This document shows positions 37,308-47,796 of a stretch of 64,000 nucleotides of DNA, in pieces; the first letter of the stretch is position 1; each line of letters opens with the position of its first letter. Source of the DNA: Iphione sp. A-MEVVRFRX5 (taxonomy: Eukaryota); assembly GCA_976226885.1 (NCBI GenBank), contig OZ320313.1, positions 37,448,001-37,512,000 on the forward strand. Reading direction: 5' to 3'. A program made the position numbers and the translations under genes. The notes under the pieces were generated by a model, which was not told the DNA's origin, ran no database searches, and was given only the letters and a program-made list of their open reading frames with translations.

Positions 37308-38003
37308 CAGGAGACTCTCACCCTGCGACCAGTCGCCTAGGGCGACCAGTCGGCCAGTGCGACCAGTTTTACTAAGAACGAACCAAATTTCAGTACATTT
37401 GCTATATGATAAACTTCGCCCAGGGCGACAACTGGCTTGGGCGACCATGCGGCCAATACGACCACCATTTTAAGTACAAAACGATGATTTCAAGGCGTCT
37501 AGGGCGACCACCACTACGAAAACGACCCTAGAGGGACTTTTGTCATGCTTGTTTGAGGGTAGCATATCCATTTCTCATTGCAATAAATGTATGTAAATGT
37601 TATTCTTGAAGGTAGTTGTATTTATTCATTTTACATTCAGTTAATGTACACTTCTTTTCCCCATAATATTCAGTTAATTTAGACTTCTTTTCCCCATAAT
37701 ATTCAGTTAACTTGGACTTTTTCCCCATAATATTCAGTTAACTTGGACTTTTTCCCCATAATATTCAGTTAACTTGGACTTTTTCCCCATAATATTCAGT
37801 TGATTCAGACTTCTTTTCCCCATAATATTCCCCATAGAGAAGGACACATAGAGAGGGACATAGAGAGAGAGGGAGACAGAAAGAGGGAAAGAGATGGAGA
37901 GGGGGAGCCAACCAAGGGGGAACCAATGCCTTAGGAGACCAGTTGCCTAATGCGACCACTTAGGCTCAGTCCCTTAGGTGGTCGCAATAGGCGGAGTCTC
38001 CTG
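37308..38003. mobile_element. Tc1/mariner-type MITE (TA TSD), 696 bp
   Basis: TA|CAGGAGACTC ... GAGTCTCCTG|TA perfect 10-bp TIR extended by GCGACCA/TGGTCGC; many internal GCGACCA motifs, also shared with the TIR of 19483-19661. Confidence 0.85.
37650..37830. repeat. 31-33-bp minisatellite, ~5.7 units, inside the MITE
   Basis: Unit ACTT(CT)TTTCCCCATAATATTCAGTTAACTTGG starting at 37650, 37683, 37716, 37747, 37778 and 37809. Confidence 0.95.
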
Positions 38004-38761
38004 TATAGAAATGTGAAAGATTTCAGTTGTATTTCAGTTATGCATAAGATGTTACGTGGACAGACGTGGTGATGCACATGACACAGCTGTAGCGCTTGTG
38101 AGAGGGTAGTGAATGATAGCCTAGCAAGTGCATGTATACTTGTGATGGGAATGTAGTAGCAGTTAGCAATAGTTGCTTGTTCAAAGCAGGTCGTTGGGGA
38201 GATAACTGCATGTACAGTGAAAGGAGCGGCGCCAATAGTGATGGTGATCGGGTTTTAATAGCAATAGTACGGTTCATCGTAGTTTGTGGCGATAGTGTCG
38301 GTACGAGCGGTGATGGGGATTTCAAAGTGGATGTGCTGGTAGGGAGGTTGACAGGGGAAGTACAGACTTGTACTAAGAGTAGTATTTCTACTCTATAGTG
38401 ACAATTCATTCCGGCAGAACAGCCGTAGAACCAACTCCAATCCCCTGTGCATGACCCTCGATCAAAATGATAACTGAGAAACTGCATTACGTGCCAAAGC
38501 TACTCTCTAACACCACCCTGATGCCAATCAAGACCGCTTCCTGTGGTACAGTTATAAACATATGTGTACTCGGTCGGGCTTACATATCAATATACATGTG
38601 TATGTCATGGCTTGTGACACGTTGGCCCGGCGGTAGGGCTAATTGGCGGTTGGTGCTTGTCATTAATGTCTCCACCTGTTTACAAATGTGGCAGACGGAG
38701 GTGACGACGAAATGATAGGAATTAGTGGTAGAGACACAAAACCGGGGCGGTGACAACCGCC

Positions 38762-38766
<5 letters not shown>

Positions 38767-38834
<68 letters not shown>
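38767..38834. repeat. (AG)n microsatellite
   Basis: Direct reading. Confidence 0.98.
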
Positions 38835-38837
<3 letters not shown>

Positions 38838-39162
38838 CATCAATGATATGGAGGAAATTGTCTAGAAGGGTTCACGGTGAGAGGGTAGGAGAAAGACGTA
38901 CATGCACCATGAAGAACTAGAGGGACCGGAGTCGTATAAGGTATAATTGGGCGGGATTTGAATAGTAAAAGCAGTGGAAACTGATGACACTATATAGGCC
39001 TAGTGATAGAGAATCGATGGAAATGGTGAGAAGAGTAGAGGGAGGTTTCATAAACGTATATTATATTAACTTGGGATATAATCGCATGACACGAAGTAGC
39101 ATACATCTATAGAAAATAGAAATCAATTTCCTGCGATTACACGCAAATTAAATCCATGCGAT

Positions 39163-39463
39163 TACACACGAGAAACACATAACCAGAATCAGCTTGCTTC
39201 CCACTTAACATCGTCACTATACAATATGTATGTAAGCTCATGTGACCTCATTAAAAACATACAACAGATCCCGTCGAGGAGTACATCTCACTAAGTGTGT
39301 AGGGGATTGGATCTACACACGAGAAACACATAACCAGAATCAGCTTGCTTCCCACTTAACATCGTCACTATACAATATGTATGTAAGCTCATGTGACCTC
39401 ATTAAAAACATACAACAGATCCCGTCGAGGAGTACATCTCACTAAGTGTGTAGGGGATTGGAT
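39163..39463. repeat. Perfect 150-bp tandem duplication (period 151)
   Basis: 39163-39312 and 39314-39463 are identical, separated by a single C. Confidence 0.95.
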
Positions 39464-40430
39464 GGACATATCGTCACAATAGGGAATGTGCGATGAATAG
39501 GAAAAAAGGATTAATAGAAATAAAGCGAATAGTAGAATATATTTCAGAGGGGTTCACGACGACTGGTCAACAGAAACCATCTTGTCACGACATGAACGTT
39601 ATCTGCTGTGATATGCGACAGCTAGTTGACATGACACCTATGAGTTGGCATGACAATGGCTCCACATGATAAGGTAGGGGTGTCATGACAACTACCTGAC
39701 AACCTCCTCTCTCACGCTATATACTAAATCAAAGCAGCTCGCAAGCGCGGAGGACTGGCAAAGCTGAGTGGTCTCAAGGTTCATGCAGCTTTTGGTTTAG
39801 CCGCCTTACAATGCATTTACATCTATCGGCCTGTAGATGTGAGAGAGCATGGGTCAGTTCCGTGGTTTATCTTTAGTGTTCTTTTCTGCCCCCAGGTGAA
39901 CACAATAATATTTAATCTTGTCAAGAAGCCAACAAATCTATGGGACCGTGTCCTATCGATAAGATAATAATTAATGTACTGGAGGGTTATGTATTCACAC
40001 AATACAGAAATAACTATTTACAAATTAGGCGCCAGATAGGCTCCTCCTATGTTCAGTTGAGGAAATTTCACACAAATATGTTTTACTATTACATCGTTTA
40101 TTTCCCGAGAACTTATCCTCGCCATGAGCCTAATTGAATTTGACATTTCAAGCACTCTTCCAATAATTGTAACAAGGATATGTCCTCGTCGGCAACAAAA
40201 GAGGTCAGAAAATCTGGCACTGTGCTGTCAACGCTGCACGGTCACCTGTCACTGACGATAAAAATGTTATAGTCGTGATGTTGTGAAGCTCCCGCTCGAG
40301 CTCCTGACAGCATAAATACAATGTGATAACTAAAATGGAGAACGTGTAGCTTAGCTGTTCTATATTTAGTAAACAACAGAAGCTTCAGATGGAGATACTC
40401 GTAGGGATGAGGTTTACAATAGCAATTCAT

Positions 40431-40460
40431 ATACATGTACATGTATACATGTACATGTAT
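40431..40460. repeat. (TACATG)n-type palindromic simple repeat
   Basis: ATACATGTACATGTATACATGTACATGTAT is self-complementary. Confidence 0.9.
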
Positions 40461-40489
40461 CTCAAAGTAGCCGTTTACTCAGCATGTAA

Positions 40490-40789
40490 GGCCTAAAAAA
40501 TATTCTCTGTTGCCGGTAACATGGTCAAAATTTATATGGTCGGTGTATTTTTTTCAATGTTATTGAAACTACCTCATGGATATACCAACTTCACTTCTGC
40601 GAGTTAGATGTTACTGAAACCTATATCACATGAACAACGAGGCCCCAAGGAAGCATTTAGTGTATTGTAAAAGTCTGTATCATTATTAGTTCTAAGGTTA
40701 CTCACAAAGCAAGAAAAAATAAAAATTCATTACTGGCTGAAATATGGGTTCGGTCAGTTTACCGGAAACACAGATATTTTTATTAGGCC
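40490..40789. mobile_element. 300-bp MITE with ~33-bp imperfect TIRs, TTAA-type (Kolobok-like) or TA TSD
   Basis: GTAA|GGCCTAAAAAATATTCTCTGTTGCCGGTAAC ... GTTTACCGGAAACACAGATATTTTTATTAGGCC|TTAA. Confidence 0.75.
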
Positions 40790-41793
40790 TTAATGTCATG
40801 AAAATGTGTATTTAGAAACTGAAGTTTGAGCATTAAATTCGTTTCTGATACAAATTTATGTCAGTATTCAGCCCATAGTGTAGCACATTAATTAATGCTG
40901 AAATGGAGGGGTTGGTGAAGGCAGTGGTGATTTTGATCTACTGTGTGCCGCACGTGTGTGACGGAGGAGGTAGAATAATATATTGTCAGGAAATGAATTT
41001 TTGTGGTTTTGTGTATGTGTGAGTGTAAGTGCATACGAGTATATAGGTGTGCATGTTTTGCAAGAAGAAAGCGAGTCTTTAGAAAGTAGTAAAAGTGGTG
41101 AGTGTATGTAAATATCCGTGATAGGAATGTTTAGAAATGTCTCTAATTATGTAGACTACATGGGGGAGTTGGGACGTGTGGTCAGTCCATGTGGGCGTGT
41201 GAAAGTCGGTCTGAATGTGTGATTGTGTGTGCTGGGTGGTCATGCAGCATGTGACTGGCGGAGTGAGGTGGCGGTAAGGGGGAGGAGGGGGAGGGGGTGA
41301 ACTAGACCAGCCGTTGTAGATATCACTCGAAGTAGCACGCTCTTCCATGTCTAGCCTTGACTCACCGTTAGACGCAGGTGGCCCTGCACGCGAGGAGGGG
41401 GTGTGTGCCCGCCGCCCGCTCGCATGCGCCCCCGGCCGCTCGGGCTGCCGCCTTCCCACCAACGGGTGCCGTCCGCTGTCATCCGCTGCTCTGCACTAAG
41501 AATGCAATATACATGTACATGTTATGTGGTAAACGGAATATCATCTGGTATCGGAGTTCTAATGCGAACATGTATATTTGGTTGCTGTAGATTTTTCGTA
41601 CGGGTTTGCCTCATATAACAGGGTTGTTCTCCAAACAGAGTTATCATAAAAAGGAGACGCTTTCAATACATGTATGTTCTTATATGGATGTTCATACACT
41701 TACCTCTAGATCTCCGTTTCATATCCCTGTCTGTCGCCCTCCCTGTCCTTGCTTATCTCCTGGCTATGTTGTTCTTCCTCTCTCCCTACCTCA

Positions 41794-41795
<2 letters not shown>

Positions 41796-41843
<48 letters not shown>

Positions 41844-41862
41844 AATCACTCACTCACTCACT
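41796..41862. repeat. (TC)n microsatellite followed by degenerate (TCAC)n
   Basis: Direct reading. Confidence 0.95.
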
Positions 41863-42844
41863 TCCCCCTACCCTTCCCCTTCCTTTCTCTCCTTATCCTT
41901 TCCTACTCTTTCCTACTCTCTTCATGTCCCTTTCTCTAGGGCTATCAGTTCCCCTCCTCTTTCAGTCACTCCCGCCGTCGCCCAGGCCGTCACCGCCGCC
42001 GCTCGCGCCCGACAACATCGGCCGCAGTAGCCGGAGCAACCCATAACGTGACCGCACGTGTCGGATACAGTTGGCCGCGTAGCCGTTCCCAGCTGGAAGT
42101 GTAGAACCTCACGACCGACGACACCCTTGGTGAATTTGTCCCTATTTCATGAAGTATCCCCAGTCTTGGGTGTTCGGGCGAAAGTATCCTCATTCCAAGG
42201 GTATATAGCCCTTGTTTTTGATGTCCCCCGTTATGAAGTTCCACTGTATACCACCGCGTCCATCCCTTTTTCCCCAGCCCCGGCCACACATGGCAGCACA
42301 CGCATCCACATGATATTCTGTTATTGTTGCAGTCATTACTTATCCATATGGAACATGTGTAAGAAGGGATTTGCCGTGCTATTTTACTTACTTCTCTATC
42401 AGAACAAAGACATTATATGACCACACACCATGTTATCTTTAAGATCTTTGTTGCCACACAATACTAGGACAGGCAGTTGTGCATGATGAAGCCTCTTGGC
42501 AGGACTTCAGTTACCTTTCAGTGTGTAATATTCTATTTCCATCAGTTATTCATATTATTCACATGGCAAATTATGCGTACAACTTCATTACATATATACG
42601 ACGTTAACTTTATAACTTGCCTTTTCCTCACAGCACATAACTATCCAATATCCCTGGAATGTATAATACCTTAGAGACCGGTCTCTTTTAACCCCATAGG
42701 CCGTAGACTCCGTCGGCCGTTCCTCACGATGCTGTAACAGCCTCCTTTCTTGTCTTAGCCACTCTTATCTCCATCATGTTCATTTCGCCTATGTATTATC
42801 CCAGTTGTCCCTCCTGGCTATCATATGATTTTTCTTGCCAGTTA

Positions 42845-43206
42845 GGCCCAGTTTCCTTACGTGCGTAGCCATGCGTGCGTTGCAGTACAGTAAACGCACC
42901 GGTTTTACTGTCACATTTATTTTAATGAGGGGTGTTCCTTACGTGCGTTGTCGTCTGTGTGCATTGCAGTGCATCACCATGTGTTGCTCGTTTTTGGTCC
43001 CTTCCCGTAAATTTACCGCACACGGATGGCAACGCACACCAATGCACTGATATTTCATTCATTTTGATGCACACAAACGCACTGGGTAGAGGACACCCCT
43101 GTGCGGGAGGCTGCGGGAGTCTGCGAGAATTTTAGCAATGCATGGTAACTCACACGGACACCTCCCGCAGTCTTCCGCAGCTCAACGCATGTAAGGAAAC
43201 CGGGCC
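42845..43206. mobile_element. PIF/Harbinger-type MITE (TTA TSD), 362 bp
   Basis: TTA|GGCCCAGTTTCCTTACGTGCGT ... ACGCATGTAAGGAAACCGGGCC|TTA; 22-bp TIR with 2 mismatches and identical 3-bp TSD. Confidence 0.9.
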
Positions 43207-46200
43207 TTACACATGCACTCTCTCCCAAACATCACATAGCTTCTCTAACGCATAAATTCAATCTCTCACAGCTACCCCACAGTCCATCAACCCCAATCTA
43301 GTCTCTTTAAACTATCACATAGGGTCCATCACCCACCACCTAAGTCTGTCCATCCATCCTATAGCCTCATCCATTACCTCATTTTTTCCCAAGCCATCTC
43401 GTTCATTATCCAAATGTTTCTCTTTCATCATGATTTCATTTCCACAGCATCTCCTTGACGTTACCTGGCTTCTCTCTGACACCACATCGCTTCTCCCTGC
43501 CGTTCTTTCGACCTCGTCCATAGAATATTACACGTGCTTTTATCCGTGTGTCCAAGACCCACATCCTAAGAGGTGCAAAATGCCTCCGCTGCCACACGAA
43601 GGGGATCTGGCCCCAGGCCAGTCCAAAACTTTGGTCAGGTCACCACCATGCACAATCTCCAGAGAACAAGAGCGAACTGTGGTAGCCCACAGCAACGAAC
43701 TCACTCATCCATGGGACACCACCACCACCACCAGCCCCATGGACGAGGCTATTGTGGAGTGAGAAGGTTTAGGCGTCTGAGAGTCACTGGATCCTCCACT
43801 GTCATGTGCTGCTACACCCCGGAGATTGCACCCCATACCCAAAAGACTACATCCCCACCGTGTACCATACGGTGCAACATACTTGGACCCATCCCTGCAG
43901 ACTGAGCCATGCAGGCACAGCCTGACGAGGTTTCCGGCACCTCCTTATCATGGCTCCAGGCTTCCGGCCAGGGAGCATGAGACAATTAAAATTGTGTTAC
44001 TACTACCACGTGTAGGCCACCATCCAGGGTCTTTTCACCATCCATTGTACTCGTTGTGATCATCATATAGGCCTACTCTTTTAGCCTCGAATAATCTGAA
44101 AGGCACGACTACCTTCAGGGACAAGCATTGAGAGATATAGTGATAAAGGTGATGGAGATATACATAGACAGATTTGTTTTATGTGTGAAACATACTGAGA
44201 GATAGGTGTACCTGTAATAATGGGACCAGCCTTGATTCTTCACATCAGTTTCCCCATGTAAAGGTGGCTTTATTTATGGTTTTCTTCTCATTATCGGTTT
44301 TGAAGAGTATAAAAGCAGTATAAAAACACGGTACACACAAACTATGATTGCTTGAGAATTTTGGTAAGAGGTTTTAGTTGTTATAATGAAGTAATGAAGA
44401 CGTGCATAAGAATTTACCAGCAACGATAGAATAGTTGCTATAAGAGAGTTTCTTTTCACCTTTTGCATGTCGAGTAATGTCTTTCTGTACAGCTGTGACA
44501 GTATCCTATCAGGCAGTATCCCATCACCTTTTGTCTTATGGTGGTTTGTATGGTTGGCTCCAAATTGGGCGGTCCCTTTCAAGAAGGGGCGCTCCCCTTT
44601 GTCACATATACCAAAATGAAGTACATGTCCATTGAGGACACGTAGTAATTAAAAAGGTTGTCCCGTGCAGGGGGTGGGCCATATCTTTAAGAGTCAGAAT
44701 GAAAGATGAAGAAAGTGGAGAGAGAGAATAAAGAGGATATTATATCGAAATTGTAGCAGCAGCAAGAGGTTCGAAATGAAATGAAGAATGGTGCACTTGA
44801 AATAAATATGTAGCGGAGGATAGGAAGAACAGGGATGTAGAACTGCAGACAAGCGTACCGAAAGAAGGACATATGTAAGATTAACATTAGCTGTCATATT
44901 TCAATATTAAATTACAATTAATTTTACTGTCAGGCAATGGAAGACTTATTACCCTCTTACTGTCTGGCTACGGTTAAATCTATAATTACTGGGTACTTTT
45001 TAGAGCAATTTGAGAATATACACCGATAATGTGTTCCGTTCGATGGTTAGGTAGTTTATCTTGTTTGCTTATCTTTTACACGGAAATGGATTTGATTTGC
45101 CCCGGGAAATGAAACACAAAGTCCAGGGTGATTTTTCCAGGCACTGTATGAAGTGACTTTTTAATCCATATCATCACCACAAAAATAGATCTGTTTGGTA
45201 TACTGCAGTGTCCTAGAGTTGCACCGACATATTTGTTCCTTCTGTAACTTTTCCTTTTGTTCTTTTCCCTGTAAATGTGGCACAAAGCTATCAACTTGGT
45301 GGGATGAGTGTATAGCCATCACATAGACTGCTATGAAAATTACTTCCACTTCATAATTCGCAAATTATCTGGCAAATACAAAACACTGTATCGAACAAAT
45401 CTAGCCGTGTTTTACACTGAACTCCCTCCAATTAAATAAAATCGGGATACCACCAAGAAATCGTCATTATTGCTTCATATATTCATAACACACATAATTT
45501 CTTCGGTATTATTCCTTATCATAATCATACAGAAACGTAACCTCGTAAGTATATACCAATACAACTATCCCTTACAATTATACCACTGAGACATCAATAA
45601 TATAATAAAAGATAAAAAGGGAATATTGCAATAAATCCGAAGTTATAATAATAGTAATCATTGATCACATCTTTCAGCTGCATCTCGTCCTCAACTCTTA
45701 GCCTTCATTAGATATTATAGAATTTTCTTCGATCGACTTTTCCACGACTGCGAAAAAGCGTTGTCCAATTTAAATACAATAATTTAATTAGTAGTTTAAT
45801 TTTCACGTTTGTTATGTCCTTTTTTCTTCCTGAGAGGATCAAGGGGGTGATTTTTTGAGACCGGGACAATCCTACGAAATACACCCGTTCGATAAAGTTG
45901 TCTGCATAGCAGGGCGAGAAAGCATTATGACTGAGCTTTGTATTTGATATGTGTTTTGATTGATTTAAGGGCAGAAACGTGACGAAAAATAATAACAATA
46001 ATTATGATTACCGTACACGAATGTTTTAACGAAAGAAACCATGACTATTCGTACGTCGGGTCATTTAAGCCCTGATCATCTGCACATAACATTCTCAACA
46101 TGACAATTTTTCTTTGGGATACAAATAAGCACATAGACGAAAAAAAGTTTCCTTAATCTACTATAGTGGGAAAAACACAAGTTCAGCACGTATTAAAGCC

Positions 46201-47796
46201 ATGAGATTTCATGATACAAAAAGACGCGTTCACTCCTCTGACTTTGAAGGAGTAAAAATAAATCGTGTAAACAAAGATCATGCACCTTTAACCTCAAACT
46301 TGTCAGACTTCATTATCACATTAACAACGAGAAACGAACACAAGCAAACTGTAGCTTGAGAGGGAGAAAAAATGTTAAGACTTATTATATATACAACTAA
46401 AATGCACCTATCCTTAACAGATATGCCTCGTCTTACGTGTACAGTATTTCCTGCTGTAACGGGTATTAGTCATTTTTTTGTCTGGTTCAGCGTCCCACCT
46501 GTTCTGCCCGCACGTACACAAGTTGTAAACATATCGTCACCACGTACGATGTGAATGGGAAAACATAACGACCCTGTTGTCTGAGCGAGAATTAAGAGGC
46601 GGGGGATATATTAACCAGATAGGGATGCATCTTGCTCCCGGGTACTTAGGCTATTACATGTACATGTACTAGGTTCGATATAACGGCCTCTATTGACATC
46701 AAAATGTAGAGTGTTTTCCAAGTCCATTCAATCCATTTTAAATCAGCCTGTGTCTAACTGAAATGCTCTCACTCCTGATAGATAGCATGGAGAATTCATG
46801 TGCTGGGTTTGCCGGGCCTTGATTTGGAGGTCGTGGGACTCCATACACATGTTGCAAAAACAATGCCAAAGTAGTGCTGCTTGTGGACAGGTTGATTCAA
46901 GTCGGCCAGGCTAGATTCGGCACATGTGTGGAGAGTAGAGCAGATTGTTGTCTTGACATAAGGCTCGGGGTGTGATGAATTATCGACGGTGCCACCGAGG
47001 GAGGGTAGACGTCTGTTCGAGCGTCTTCACTACGTATGACACAGTCTCCTACCCCCCCCCCCCCCCCGCGCCTGCCAACCCCACCTCCCGGTAGAGTTGG
47101 CCTCATCCCAAGTCTAGAGCAGAGCTCATGTCAGCCCACGCCGAGTTGCTGGGAAAACAAGGACTCTTGTAGAAGCGATGCGGCACCGCGGAGCAGATTA
47201 AATCTCATACTAGGCGTATATCATCAGCCCCCTTTTAAGATAAGATGATGAGCACTGGCGTATTCCCCTCTCTTTCTTTTCCCTTCTTCCCAACTGCTTT
47301 CTGCTCATGATAAAAAAGTCACATGAACGTACACTTATAAAAATAGACACCAAAATGTGCTATACTGCTGTGTATGTAAGAATGCGTTACCTCTGGTGAT
47401 ATACATGTACACATATACATATACATGTACATGTATACCTACTCTGTGTGGGATGTCTCTGTGTGGGTGTGTAGTCGGGCGGTGGTGTGTCTACCTCTCC
47501 GCTATCTCTGTCGCTGTGATTTTCTTTCTCTACCTGTATCTGTCCTCGCCTCATGGACTCCTTGCTTACCTTTCCCTTAACCATCTCCTCCCTAGTTCTC
47601 TTTCCTGTCCCTTATTCTCTCTCAGCCCAGAGAAATGCCCAGCGGTAGTAGGTATTGTTATTAATAAAATTATAAGGGCAGTGGTTAGTAAACGTACCGG
47701 GCGTCACGGCGGCCGGCCCTAACAGAACGCGCACCCGAATGGCGGTCTCTGTCGCCCGCCGACCCGCCACCCGGTAGTCGCCATCTCCCAGTCCCG

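Noticed and set aside
3527-42046. ORFs containing SLSLSL or ERERER runs (3527-3897, 31749-32174, 33938-34471, 38580-38843, 41606-42046)
   Set aside because: Translations of GA/TC microsatellites and purine-rich tracts.
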